Below, in pieces: positions 46,704-57,218 of a stretch of 64,000 bases of DNA (position 1 is its first letter; each line of letters starts with the position of its first letter). The notes below the pieces were generated by a model, which saw only the letters and a list, made by a program, of their open reading frames with translations, searched no databases and was not told where the DNA came from. The position numbers and the translations under genes were made by a program. Origin of the DNA: Escherichia coli 042. Its GTDB lineage: Bacteria; Pseudomonadota; Gammaproteobacteria; Enterobacterales; Enterobacteriaceae. The stretch lies in the NCBI RefSeq assembly GCF_000027125.1, contig NC_017626.1. The stretch is one strand, 5' to 3'.

Positions 46704-49676
46704 TTACCAGTGCACTCCAATGGTGAGAAACGCGTTGTTGCGCTCTCCGTTACGTTGATTAATTGCCTTAAAGGTATGTTGATACTCGACGCCGAGACTG
46801 ACTTTGTGCGGCCAGGCGTCGTAGTGCGTCTCGCCGGTCCAGATATTCCAGCGGACCCCGACACCGCCAAGCTGCGCGCCCTGAGTGCCTTTATCACGAT
46901 AACCGTTGTCCTGAACGTGAGCGTAAGGCTCAATAGTCTGTCCGTTCGCCACCTTCTGATGCCAGCTGACGCGATAATCTGCCGTCCACGCCTGAATATC
47001 CTGGCGGACATATTGCGCCGCATCGAGGTACAGGTTTTGGGCAAACCAGCCTGAACCGTTCGGGTGCCATTCATCGCTGTATTTGCCGCCATTAAAGAAT
47101 GAGGCGCTGGCGCGCAGCATGGTATCGGATGCGCCATTTTGCCCGTTCAGCGGCAACTGCTGTTCGACGGCGAGGAAAAAGATCTGATCGCGCAGCGGCT
47201 TCCAGCGCAGACCGGTGCCGGACATCGGATTTTTCACCGGCATCATCACCCCGTTTTCTCCGGTATCGGCAAATACACGGCTGTAAACCGAGAGCAGGTC
47301 GCCTTCCAGCAGCATATTGCGTCCGATGCGGTACTCGGCTTCCAGTTGCCCGTAGCTACGATAGCTTTTCCCTGGCGCTGCGCCGCCGACATTATTGTTA
47401 GCGGTACTCATCGCGCCGGAACGCAAGCCGATGGAAGAATCGAAACTGAACGTCCAGCGGCGACCGACCTCCTCATGCAGACGGCGGAAATTGAAGCGTT
47501 GCTGATTTTGCTCTGGGGTCAGTGGGGTTATCAGCGCCTGATTATCAATGTCATCAATCACCAGCCGGGCGTAGTGCTGCGTCGCAGGCATGTCATCCAG
47601 ACGCTGGTTCACGTAGGCCAGTTGTCGGATAAGTGCCGGATCGTCCGGTAGCCCTTTATGCGCCTGTTCGAGCATTTCCCGCGACTGTGCGATATCACCG
47701 CTATCCCACAAGGCGTAACCGAGCGCTGCCTGGGTGTTGCTATTATTCGGCTCCAGTTCCAGCGCGGCGCGCAAATCACTCACTGCCGCTGGGACATTAT
47801 GACGTTGGCGATAAATTGTCGCCCGCGCAACGTAAGCGTTGGCAGAAGGCGCAATATTGATTGAGCGCGTGAGATCGTTCAGTGCGAGTTCCGGCTGACC
47901 AGGAATGTAACGTTGCGCATGCAGCCACCAGTAGAGGGCATTGTTTCCCAGCCCACGTTGTTCTGCCTGCTGAAGCCAGCGATCGCGAGCCGCACCATTT
48001 CCTGCCGCCTGGGCGGTATTGGCAGCAGCAAGCAGATCCTCATTGCTCATGTCGTGAAGACTGATTTTCTGCCAGGCCGCCAGTGCGGTGGCGTAGTCCT
48101 CAACCTGATACGCTTGATAGGCTACCGCACGATGTTGCCAGGCGTTCGGTTGTCGTTGTTCGGCCTGAAGCCATGCATACAACGCCACACCGGGTAGCGT
48201 GTCCCGATAACACTTTGCCAGACGGTTCCAGGCGGCGGCATCGTAGGAAGGCGACATATCGCCCAGCAAGCGAACTATTGCCGGGCAATTATCTGCAATA
48301 CCCGGCAACTGACTTTGCCACTGACGTTGCTCCGCCAGCGGTAAGGGTTTCGATAAAATCGCCACCTTCGCCGGCGTTGCCAGGTAAGGATGACTTTCCA
48401 GCAGAGACGCCAGTCGCGCCATTAAAGTCTGGCTGACACGCGCATCGCCCTGGAAAGGATAGCGTTGCAGCAATAAATCGGCAGCTTCGCGTGACTGCTC
48501 GTTCTGCATCAGTTGCCAGGTCAGTTGATCCAGGCGGGTAAGATTTGCCGGTTCTTGCTGATACAGCAATCGTGCCAGACGCAGAGCTTCAGCCTTGTTA
48601 TGGGTCGCTACGCTAACGGTATAACGCTCCTCAAGCATTTCATTGGCGGGGAGGGTGGCGAGCAGTTTTTGCGCTGCGTCGTACTGACCTTCTTTTAACA
48701 GCACCGGTAGCGTCGCGCCAACAACATACTGGCGGTTGTCGGCAAACTGTACCGTATAATTCGCCAACGCCTGAACGGGGTTGCCGCTGTATTTAGATAA
48801 CAGATAGAGCCAACTTTTCTCTTGTGCGTCCGTGGTAAATAGCGGAGTATTTTCAATGAGATAACGCTGGAGGCGTGCTTTTTCGTCACGATAAGCCAGC
48901 GCGGTCGCGTAAGTAATATATGACTGCGGATCGGTGAAGATCCCCTGTGATTGCAGCGCCAGGATCCGATCGTCCAGCTGCCCGGCAAGAAGCACATCAA
49001 ACCACTGGCGGCGTTCTGCCGCGCTTAATGTGTTCTGCTGGCGTGCTTCATTGTATAGCGTATCTGCCTGGGACCATTGCTTCAGGTAGATTGCCCGTTG
49101 CAGCAGATCGGTTCGCAGCGTTTTTCCTTCCGGCGATGCAGCAAACGTCGCATCGTTCAGTTGCGCTCTGGCGACAGGTAATTGTGCCAGCCGCAGGGCA
49201 TTCTGCCCAACTTCACTGCGACAACGCAGGGTCGGCGCAGCATCGCACGCTTTTTGCTGGGCAAGCAGTTCTTCAACTGTCGTAACGCTTTTCACTTCAA
49301 CTGGAATAGCCGCCAGACTGCGCTCAAGTCGGGCATCTCCTGGGTGACGTTTCAGTTGATCCTCAAGCAACAGCCGCGCCCGGTCATCATGACCAAAATA
49401 GCGATAGGCTTCCGCAAGGTATAAAGCCAGCGGAATATTATCCGGCACCTGCTGGTGTATATATTCAAATTCGCGGATGGCGGTTGCTTCGTCGTTATTT
49501 TTCTGTGCCTTCAGCGCCTTATCGAGACGGGGATAAATAACAAAATGGCGATAATCGCTCAGCCCCAGCTCTTCTGCGCTGGTGCCGATATTGTCTGCGA
49601 GTGCGCTGGTACTCAATAAAGACGTCAGCAGTAAACCAGACCATCCGATGACGCGATTAAGGTTATTCTCCTTCAT
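46704..49676 (-). CDS. nfrA: outer membrane protein NfrA (TPR-rich periplasmic part plus C-terminal beta-barrel-like region)
   Basis: Start at MKENNLNRVIGWSGLLL gives 990 aa with signal peptide; the start overlaps the end of nfrB. Confidence 0.9.
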   Translation of the reverse strand: MKENNLNRVIGWSGLLLTSLLSTSALADNIGTSAEELGLSDYRHFVIYPRLDKALKAQKNNDEATAIREFEYIHQQVPDNIPLALYLAEAYRYFGHDDRARLLLEDQLKRHPGDARLERSLAAIPVEVKSVTTVEELLAQQKACDAAPTLRCRSEVGQNALRLAQLPVARAQLNDATFAASPEGKTLRTDLLQRAIYLKQWSQADTLYNEARQQNTLSAAERRQWFDVLLAGQLDDRILALQSQGIFTDPQSYITYATALAYRDEKARLQRYLIENTPLFTTDAQEKSWLYLLSKYSGNPVQALANYTVQFADNRQYVVGATLPVLLKEGQYDAAQKLLATLPANEMLEERYTVSVATHNKAEALRLARLLYQQEPANLTRLDQLTWQLMQNEQSREAADLLLQRYPFQGDARVSQTLMARLASLLESHPYLATPAKVAILSKPLPLAEQRQWQSQLPGIADNCPAIVRLLGDMSPSYDAAAWNRLAKCYRDTLPGVALYAWLQAEQRQPNAWQHRAVAYQAYQVEDYATALAAWQKISLHDMSNEDLLAAANTAQAAGNGAARDRWLQQAEQRGLGNNALYWWLHAQRYIPGQPELALNDLTRSINIAPSANAYVARATIYRQRHNVPAAVSDLRAALELEPNNSNTQAALGYALWDSGDIAQSREMLEQAHKGLPDDPALIRQLAYVNQRLDDMPATQHYARLVIDDIDNQALITPLTPEQNQQRFNFRRLHEEVGRRWTFSFDSSIGLRSGAMSTANNNVGGAAPGKSYRSYGQLEAEYRIGRNMLLEGDLLSVYSRVFADTGENGVMMPVKNPMSGTGLRWKPLRDQIFFLAVEQQLPLNGQNGASDTMLRASASFFNGGKYSDEWHPNGSGWFAQNLYLDAAQYVRQDIQAWTADYRVSWHQKVANGQTIEPYAHVQDNGYRDKGTQGAQLGGVGVRWNIWTGETHYDAWPHKVSLGVEYQHTFKAINQRNGERNNAFLTIGVHW

Positions 49677-51900
49677 TTTCGGACTCCAGTTGCGCAACCT
49701 GTTCTGTGTTTAAACCTGCTTTGAGTAATAGTGATTGCATCGAAACTTGTAATTCGCGTTGAATTGTCAGGACGCGATCCAACGTTTCCTGGCTGATAAC
49801 GCCTTCGGTGACCAAAAACTTGCCGAGCGGCAGAGAACTGCGTTCATGGCGCAATAACAACACGTTAATTGCTGAACGATTAATATGACCGAGCGTGGTC
49901 AGTATTTCGGCGAACAGGAACTGATGCGGCACATATTGCCGCCAGATTTCACCGGCCTGCTGTTCCGTGAGCCACTGATGCTGAACCGCATTGTACAACA
50001 TTGCCCGCGGATCGTGACCGCGTCGGCGCGCATACCAGTGGCGTAACCCCGTGACAATTTGTCCCCGCAGAACAATGACGTAACGCACTTTGCGTCCGAC
50101 TTTACGCGTCAGGGCCGCCAGCGAAACCGGGTCAATACCATCTTCACTGCCGACAATTAACTCATCATTTTCCAGACGCAGCGGCAGCACTGCATAATGC
50201 AGCGCCACGGAGGCCGGCATTTCGGCAATCAGTGATGAAGGGATCTGCCAGGCGTCGATCGACTCCCACGCCACGCCGTTTTGCTCTGCCAGCGCCTGTG
50301 CCAGCTGTTCGGCGCTAATCAGCCCCTGCATCAGCATTGAACCGCCCAGGCGTAGACCTTCGACGCGATTACGCAGTGCTGTATCGAGTTGTTCTTCAGT
50401 GATGACCTGATTTTCCAGCAGGATTTGACCTAACGGACGCAACGAGCGGGTATCGCCAGTCACGCTGGGGAAGTCATGCGTTGTTTTATCCCACGCGACA
50501 CGACGTGGATCGCCGTGTTGAAGTACCTGTTTTAACGCGCGCCAGTTGGCCATGAAGTTAATCAGGTTGCCCCAGAAAAGACGCAGGACAGATAGCAGCC
50601 CCTGCGTCAGGCCGTAGTAGCCAGTAACGAAAATCACCCGCTGCACGATGCGGTTAATCATCAAGCCAAAGTTTAGCCACAGCAGAGTCATTAACCATGC
50701 GCTGCCGCTGAAAATAGAAAGGAAATGCCAGGCATCGGGCCACAAACTTTCATACGCCAGCAACAGCAAAAGCTGGATCATCACCAGCATCGCGAGGAAG
50801 CTGACAAAGTTACTGATTGCCCCTTTGCGGTCGCGCCAGAGAAAGTAGTTCAGCGTCAGACTGGAGGTCCATTTGTGGGTTTTAAAGCCCTGGAAAACAA
50901 TGCCGATGATCCAGCGAGATTTTTGTCGAACCGCAGTCGAAAAGGTATCGGGGAAATATTCGCGCACGCAGATCATGTTTGACGTCCGCGCGTGCTGTAA
51001 AAATTTACGCTGCTCGCGTTCTTTGGCTTCGTCCACCACCGGAAAACGGACAAAAATTTCCGTCATACCTTTTTCTTTCAGGCGGAAACCAATGTCGTAA
51101 TCTTCAGTAAGACTCTGCACGTCGAAAGCAATACCATCACCGTCAGCTAACAGTGCGGTCACGGCGCGGCGGCTGAAACAAGTACCGACGCCTGCGCTGG
51201 GCACCTGTCCGGCGAGGGCTTCACGCACCGGAACATCTTTGCCATGCAGTTCTGAAAACTCATCAATGTAAGTCATGCTGGTGAAGTGCGTCCATTCGCG
51301 TTCGAATGGGTATACCGGGATCTGAATCAGATCTTTACGCTCGACCAGATAGTTGAACAGACGCAATTCCATCGGTGAAATTACGTCTTCGGCGTCATGC
51401 AGAATAAAACCAGCAAAAGCGAAATTGGCGCTACGCTCAAACTGGGTGATGGCGTCCAGCACGTTGTTCAGGCAGTCGGCTTTGCTGGTGGGGCCAGGAC
51501 GCGCGCAGACTACCTTATGCACGTTTGGGAAGCGAGCGCACACTTCGTCAACATCACGCTGAGTATCGGGGTCGTTGGGGTAGGTGCCAACAAAGATATG
51601 ATAGTTTTCATAGTCGAGCGTGGTCGCCGCCAGCTCGGCCATATTGCCGATGACGCCCGTTTCATTCCACGCCGGAACCATAATCGCTAACGGTTTTTCA
51701 TCTGGTTTATACAGTTCGCGGTAACTCATTCGCGGGTAGCGGCGATAAACACTCAACTTGCGTTTAATGCGGCGTACCCAGTAGACGACATCAATAAAAA
51801 AATCGTCCAGCCCGCTGATGAACATGATGACCGCTAACGTTATCGCGATTACTTTTAAGCCGTAGAGCCAGGTAGCAAAAACATCAAGAAGCCAGTCCAC
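49663..51900 (-). CDS. nfrB: inner membrane family-2 glycosyltransferase NfrB with C-terminal cyclic-di-GMP-binding region
   Basis: 745 aa; N-terminal TM, GT-2 catalytic region, additional TMs and a cytoplasmic C-terminal domain. Confidence 0.9.
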   Translation of the reverse strand: MDWLLDVFATWLYGLKVIAITLAVIMFISGLDDFFIDVVYWVRRIKRKLSVYRRYPRMSYRELYKPDEKPLAIMVPAWNETGVIGNMAELAATTLDYENYHIFVGTYPNDPDTQRDVDEVCARFPNVHKVVCARPGPTSKADCLNNVLDAITQFERSANFAFAGFILHDAEDVISPMELRLFNYLVERKDLIQIPVYPFEREWTHFTSMTYIDEFSELHGKDVPVREALAGQVPSAGVGTCFSRRAVTALLADGDGIAFDVQSLTEDYDIGFRLKEKGMTEIFVRFPVVDEAKEREQRKFLQHARTSNMICVREYFPDTFSTAVRQKSRWIIGIVFQGFKTHKWTSSLTLNYFLWRDRKGAISNFVSFLAMLVMIQLLLLLAYESLWPDAWHFLSIFSGSAWLMTLLWLNFGLMINRIVQRVIFVTGYYGLTQGLLSVLRLFWGNLINFMANWRALKQVLQHGDPRRVAWDKTTHDFPSVTGDTRSLRPLGQILLENQVITEEQLDTALRNRVEGLRLGGSMLMQGLISAEQLAQALAEQNGVAWESIDAWQIPSSLIAEMPASVALHYAVLPLRLENDELIVGSEDGIDPVSLAALTRKVGRKVRYVIVLRGQIVTGLRHWYARRRGHDPRAMLYNAVQHQWLTEQQAGEIWRQYVPHQFLFAEILTTLGHINRSAINVLLLRHERSSLPLGKFLVTEGVISQETLDRVLTIQRELQVSMQSLLLKAGLNTEQVAQLESENEGE

Positions 51901-52236
51901 ACAAAAACCTTACATTAACGCTGGTTATGTTTAGGGTGGCGTATATTAAGGTTTTTTATGAATTGTGACAGCTTTTTACCATTAATAGGTATGACTATTG
52001 CGGCACGTTATTTTTACACTGGTTATAAAAGTTGCCGTTTGCGTAGAATGTAGACAAAAGCGTGGTGTCAAGGAGGGGCGGTAAACGTCATAGTGAAGAG
52101 GAGTGGTGGCACCGATCAGGTCATCATGTAGTGTAAGCGTCTGGAGGAGGTGAGCAGGGGAGATCATTTTCCCCGTGCTGAACAAAAAGACGGCGTTGCT
52201 GTGGGTACAGGAAGGCTAACTTCATTTCTCTTTAGA

Positions 52237-52773
52237 TTATTTAAGTTTAATATTCAACCAGGAAATAAAGAACGTTAAAATAACAAAGGAAAAAACAATC
52301 AAAGAGACATTCCTGAAAAATACGTGCTCATAAAAAAGATAAAAAACGTACAAAATTGGGCACGCAACTTTCAGGACGTTTATATGTTTAGAATTCTCTT
52401 TATCTTTAAAGTTAAAATTACATAAAAATATAAAGAAATATGAAAGCATGGCTGAAAACATCATTGATAAGGCGCGATATGGCAGTCCTGAATTAAAGGT
52501 TTCGACTCCTAATAATATTGTCGATAGCGTTGCAATTATAATTGCCACTTTTTTACTAGAGGTGAAAGTAACGACAAAAAATATCAATGATATAAATAAG
52601 AAAGAAAAAAATATGTAAATATTTGTTGATATATGTACTTTATGAGGAACTGTAAAATAGGTATAACTGATTGTAATTATGATGGTAATTATTCTGTATA
52701 GCATGCATGCTAACAGGCCAATCAGTAGTTTGTTCGCAAATTTATAAGGGGATTCGCTATTGGTTGATTGCAT
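52237..52773 (-). CDS. hypothetical polytopic membrane protein (178 aa), AT-rich, island gene
   Basis: Four to six hydrophobic segments; Ile/Phe/Lys-rich composition typical of horizontally acquired genes. Confidence 0.5.
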   Translation of the reverse strand: MQSTNSESPYKFANKLLIGLLACMLYRIITIIITISYTYFTVPHKVHISTNIYIFFSFLFISLIFFVVTFTSSKKVAIIIATLSTILLGVETFNSGLPYRALSMMFSAMLSYFFIFLCNFNFKDKENSKHINVLKVACPILYVFYLFYEHVFFRNVSLIVFSFVILTFFISWLNIKLK

Positions 52774-52837
52774 GGTTATTATGCTCTTGAATTGTGTATT
52801 TTATTGGAATGTTTCTTGGTTAACTAAAACAATGCAT

Positions 52838-53266
52838 TTAATAGGTGGTGGTGTAAATATCAATGTCATACTCATTATCACAGACTACTATTACTCTACG
52901 AGTTATGTCAAAAAATAACGTTAAATCATAGGTTCCCTGTTCTCTGAAAATACTCTGCGCAAATGACGTGAAATTATTCCCATTTATAACTATTTTTACT
53001 TTACCTTCATAGATAAGCCAGCAACGAAAACATTCAGCTGTACCAGATAATGTCACTATCTGACTGATTAGAAGATTTATATTTACCGGATGAGGTAAAA
53101 AAAGTCTGTCGTTGAGGCAATCAATATTATGTGTTTGATGAAACTCTTTTCTCATTAATGAAGAGTTATCATATAGCAGGGTTATACTAAACGAGTCAAT
53201 TCCGTCAAGCTTTTGCATAAATTTGTTTGCTTTATAAATAAGCAACTTTGCTTGTGTTTTTGTCAT
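52838..53266 (-). CDS. hypothetical protein (142 aa), island gene
   Basis: ORF-track ORF, AT-rich, same orientation and tight spacing with neighbours. Confidence 0.45.
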   Translation of the reverse strand: MTKTQAKLLIYKANKFMQKLDGIDSFSITLLYDNSSLMRKEFHQTHNIDCLNDRLFLPHPVNINLLISQIVTLSGTAECFRCWLIYEGKVKIVINGNNFTSFAQSIFREQGTYDLTLFFDITRRVIVVCDNEYDIDIYTTTY

Positions 53267-53293
53267 GATGGTGATCTTTTATGCAAGGGGGAA

Positions 53294-53740
53294 TTATTGG
53301 AATTCAAATGTTTTATATTCCTCTGTAATCATCTTTAAACTTAACATAGCCATGTCTCGGGTATCTTCATCATCAGATTGTAGAGAAATATTTAATCCTT
53401 TAATTAAGGTGTTATCGGGAAAAGCCATTGCCAATAATGTATACCAACATCGGACACTTTTTATTGTCAGAGGATTTTCCAGTATGTTGGCGATATTTGA
53501 AGCTATAATGTTTTTATCACACTTGTACAAAAAATCTTCGACCAACTGATATACACCGAAGCCATCACCTTCCCCAAACGATTGTAAAAATAACGGTATG
53601 GCTTCTTCAGCAGGATTTGCAGAAAAATAAAGCCTTACATTGTTATATTTATTGATAAGTTCCTGAGTGATGTCATAATCATTTGGCATAGGTTGGTTTA
53701 GAGCAAGGAATGCTAATGCTTCTTTTTTAGTCATATTCAT
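53294..53740 (-). CDS. hypothetical protein (148 aa); possible orphan immunity protein
   Basis: ORF-track ORF, acidic and largely helical by eye; AT-rich and next to IS/Rhs remnants. Confidence 0.4.
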   Translation of the reverse strand: MNMTKKEALAFLALNQPMPNDYDITQELINKYNNVRLYFSANPAEEAIPLFLQSFGEGDGFGVYQLVEDFLYKCDKNIIASNIANILENPLTIKSVRCWYTLLAMAFPDNTLIKGLNISLQSDDEDTRDMAMLSLKMITEEYKTFEFQ

Positions 53741-53760
53741 AATGGTTAATATTGCTTGCT

Positions 53761-54313
53761 GGAAGAATTAAGGTAAAAATGGTTCATAGACAGAATTAAA
53801 TAGGAAGTCTTGTTTCCAGATAACTTTATCATGAAAAAGAGATTTGGCTTGATGCGTATAAAGATTATGAGGATAAATAGTTTCTCCACCATAAATGATG
53901 TTCTTTCCCGTTACACCGGAGAATTCATTGGCTATAATCTGTCGTTTAAGCCAGTGAATGACTTTACATAAGCATATTAATTTATCCTTAGAATCAGTTG
54001 TGTTAATTTCAGTAAGTTGTAAAATCTTTTCCCCATTATACTCAACTAAATGCCCCGGCTTTATTTCAATTCAACCACAATAACGATCAATGCTACTAAA
54101 CTTTATTCTTCTATTGTTAGGTTTAATGCTGGGCATAAGATAAATTCGATGTGCTACGGCAGGGATCTTTTCTGTTAAGACATTTAATTGCTTAGAGTAT
54201 TCATCTTGTAGTGTAAACCAAATTGAATGTAATTTGTATTTTGAGGCTACAATCGCGAGCCAATTAGACAGTTCCTCGTTCGTGCAAAAAACATTTATCC
54301 TGGCAGTTGCCAT
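53761..54313 (-). pseudogene. frameshifted hypothetical gene (~180 codons in two frames)
   Basis: The 80-aa ORF 54071-54313 stops at 54071, but an open frame continues in another frame to ~53761 (IEIKPGHLVEYNGEKILQLTEINTTDSKDKLICLCK...). Confidence 0.4.
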
Positions 54314-54346
54314 TCGTAATCCTTTTTATATAAGATTGTGTGAATG

Positions 54347-54549
54347 TCACCGAAACAACTTGATATGAATAAAATAGCTAAAGCGAAATGGATGACGTGT
54401 TACTAAAAAACCATTCTGAAAAGGAAGCCTGAATAAACGCGATGACGAAACTTCCACTCTCCATGTTTCATCAGAAAAATAACTAAATTCGATGTGGTTT
54501 TCATATAATCTCATTTCACGTAAGGTTCCGCTACCATAAGGGACCGCAA
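54347..54549 (-). pseudogene. orphan 3' gene fragment abutting the H-repeat end
   Basis: The track ORF 54347-54583 starts inside the element's terminal repeat; only the part outside the element can be native. Confidence 0.3.
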
Positions 54550-54550
54550 T

Positions 54551-55841
54551 CAGGGAAAGATTACGAAAGCCCGCTCCCAGCAAGGACTGACGCCAGATAG
54601 TTTCTGTCCATGGCTGCTTTTCGCATCTTACGTCTTAACCCTGCCTTGAATACCTTATCATTCGTCAAAATATTAATAGCGATGTGCCGTATCCCTGAAA
54701 ATAATTCTGCGGCGTTTCCTCTTCTTATTTTGCAGTCGTCTTCATTCATTACCACGTCCAGACGCCAGTGCAGCTTATTCTCCACGTGCCAGCGGTTTCG
54801 GATTGCTGTGGCGAACTTCTCTGCGGTTAAATCAGCACAACTGATATAATATCTGACCGTCATTTCTGGCTCTTTCTTTTGTTCTGCTATTATTGACCGA
54901 AAGGAGACTGCCACGCATAATTTCTTCAGACCTTTCCATTCAAACGTGAAATCAATAAGTTCATCAGGGACATCGCAAACAATGTGAAGACGGATTTCTT
55001 CTCTGCCGTGACTCTTTTCACTAATTGCGTAACTGTCATGCTCTGGATTATTTAATTCTTTCAGTGGGAATTTTTCCTCAAAGGCTTTATTAAGCCGCCC
55101 CTGATTTCCTTTTACAGCGAATAAATAATCACCGCCCTGTTTTTGTATCTTCTCTGCAATATCTTTCTGGCAACCCATCGCATCAGTTGTGATGATTTTT
55201 CCTTTAATATCCAGCATGTTAAGAAGTTCAGGGATAGCTGTAATCTCATTTGATTTCTCATCCGTCCTGATCTGTCCGATGACCAGACTGTGCATTGTTG
55301 AGAACGCACTAATGACATGAATCGCTCCCTTGCGGCGACTCTTGTCATAAGAATGCCGGAGTGTTTTTCCATCAATTGCGATGACGTCTTTATCATCTGA
55401 AGAATGGCAGTCACGCATCCAGTTAATAAAGCACTCGTGAAATTTTGCAGGACTGATACAGGATACAACTCTGGCAATAGTATCGTGAACAGGAATACCA
55501 TTATCAAAATCACCATATTGCTTCAAAAAATCGAGATGTGTTTCCCCAAAATCCTCTATATCTTCCCAGCCTTCTGCACCCGAAATAACGGCACAAATAG
55601 TCAACAGTAGAATATCCGATAATTTATGTTCCACTTTCCAGGCTTGTCTGTAATCGGGGATAATAGAAATATGTTCCATCAATTTTTTAAGTTCCATTTT
55701 GTTCTCCTTAATTATGTAAGGAGTATTTGATCATGTATAAGCAATAAAAAACAGCTTTAGGTAATGAGGAATATCTCAATTTGTAAACATAAAATGCGAA
55801 TTATTTAGTACAAAAAGTGTACTTCTGATGATCTTTCCCTG
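54551..55841 (-). mobile_element. H-repeat / ISAs1-family insertion sequence, copy 1 (apparently intact)
   Basis: ~1.29 kb bounded by inverted repeats cagggaaagat (54551-54561) and atctttccctg (55831-55841); contains one long transposase ORF. Confidence 0.8.
54561..55697 (-). CDS. H-repeat-associated (ISAs1-family) transposase, 378 aa
   Basis: 378-aa ORF of the size and character of E. coli Rhs-associated H-repeat proteins; a second disrupted copy lies at 56.7-58.6 kb. Confidence 0.8.
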   Translation of the reverse strand: MELKKLMEHISIIPDYRQAWKVEHKLSDILLLTICAVISGAEGWEDIEDFGETHLDFLKQYGDFDNGIPVHDTIARVVSCISPAKFHECFINWMRDCHSSDDKDVIAIDGKTLRHSYDKSRRKGAIHVISAFSTMHSLVIGQIRTDEKSNEITAIPELLNMLDIKGKIITTDAMGCQKDIAEKIQKQGGDYLFAVKGNQGRLNKAFEEKFPLKELNNPEHDSYAISEKSHGREEIRLHIVCDVPDELIDFTFEWKGLKKLCVAVSFRSIIAEQKKEPEMTVRYYISCADLTAEKFATAIRNRWHVENKLHWRLDVVMNEDDCKIRRGNAAELFSGIRHIAINILTNDKVFKAGLRRKMRKAAMDRNYLASVLAGSGLS

Positions 55842-56045
55842 GGAGGTGATACTGACCGTCTGCCCGAATTCGTCATAGAGGAAAAACGTCGCGCCGCCCT
55901 CCGGGTCAATTTCACACACCGGAAGCCGGTCTTCACTGAAGCGGATAATGGTGGTATGCCCCAGCGAATCAGTCATCTCCAGCTCATGGCAGAAATCATT
56001 CCATACAAAGTGGTAGTCGTAGTACCCGCCGTCGCCCAACAGCAA
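55842..56045 (-). pseudogene. YD-repeat (Rhs-like) gene fragment truncated by the H-repeat
   Basis: YD-type repeat signature (...CEIDPEGGATFFLYDEFGQTVSITSQ) runs into the element end; no upstream Rhs core. Confidence 0.45.
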
Positions 56046-56062
56046 TCAATCATCGAATCAAA

Positions 56063-56524
56063 TTAACTTGACAAGGTTTTTATTTTTTCGTGTTCGAAAA
56101 ATAAATGTAGCATAGCGTCATTAATATTACCGCCTATAATACAAAAATAGTTATCAAAACCACCATAAAGAGCACCATCATCTGAAATAAAATATGTCAT
56201 ATGCTCAGAAAAACCAACACCAACAGGACATAAACGCTTATTGACCAATGGTTCATAGACTTCAGTTATCCATTTAGAGTCTATCCAACCAGCAGCTTTT
56301 ATTGGATCAAAATCGGATTTATCATACTCATTAGGATCTGAATAAGATTCATGCCGTACTATCAACCCTCCAAACTCTGATAAAAAATCACAAATAATTT
56401 CATTAACAAAATATTTCTTAATGGATAAACACTTTATATATTTATCTATGTTTTCTTTTCTGCCATAGTGCCATCCATTTTGCAACAGGACACTCATCAC
56501 TTGTTTATTCGTTATATGATTCAT
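56063..56524 (-). CDS. candidate immunity protein for the upstream deaminase-like toxin tip (153 aa)
   Basis: Starts 2 nt after the toxin-fragment stop (TAATTATG), the usual toxin-immunity coupling; family not assigned from sequence alone. Confidence 0.45.
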   Translation of the reverse strand: MNHITNKQVMSVLLQNGWHYGRKENIDKYIKCLSIKKYFVNEIICDFLSEFGGLIVRHESYSDPNEYDKSDFDPIKAAGWIDSKWITEVYEPLVNKRLCPVGVGFSEHMTYFISDDGALYGGFDNYFCIIGGNINDAMLHLFFEHEKIKTLSS

Positions 56525-56526
56525 AA

Positions 56527-56704
56527 TTACCCCGTTAATACATCAATTCCTAAATATTTGAAAATTTCCTGACAGTTTCTACAGTTCGGAAAAGCACTTC
56601 CATCACCAGTATGAACTGTAGCCATTTCCAAATCATGCAACGATGAATTATCTTTGAGAGCTTTATTCACCGCATCTATTTCAGCACAATTATTAACAGC
56701 CCAA
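56527..56704 (-). pseudogene. truncated C-terminal toxin domain with nucleotide deaminase-like motifs
   Basis: Native ~59 codons after the IS boundary: ...NNCAEIDAVNKAL...(33 aa)...AFPNCRNCQEIF..., i.e. a [C/H]AE helix plus CxxC pair with deaminase-fold spacing; the 5' part is replaced by the H-repeat. Confidence 0.5.
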
Positions 56705-57218
56705 GGCAAGATTACGAAAGCCCGCACCCCGCAAGGACTGCCGCCAGGTAGTTTCTGTCCATGGCTGCTTTTCGCATCTTACGTCTTAACCCTGCCTTGA
56801 ATACCTTATCATTCGTTAAAATATTAATAGCGATGTGCCGTATCCCTGAAAATAATTCTGCGGCGTTTCCTCTTCTTATTTTGCAGTCGTCTTCATTCAT
56901 TACCACGTCCAGACGCCAGTGCAGCTTATTCTCCACGTGCCAGTGGTTTCGGATTGCTGTGGCGAACTTCTCTGCGGTTAAATCAGCAGAACTGATATAA
57001 TATCTGACCGTCATTTCTGGCTCTTTCTTTTGTTCTGCTATTATTGACCGAAAGGAGACTGCCACGCATAATTTCTTCAGACCTTTCCATTCAAACGTGA
57101 AATCAATAAGTTCATCAGGGACATCGCAAACAATGTGAAGACGGATTTCTTCTCTGCCGTGACTCTTTTCACTCATTGCGTAACTGTTATGCTCTGGATT
57201 ATTGGTAATGACTCCAAC

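Noticed and set aside
47099-49424. Multiple plus-strand ORFs of 60-170 aa
   Set aside because: All lie antisense within the 990-codon nfrA gene.
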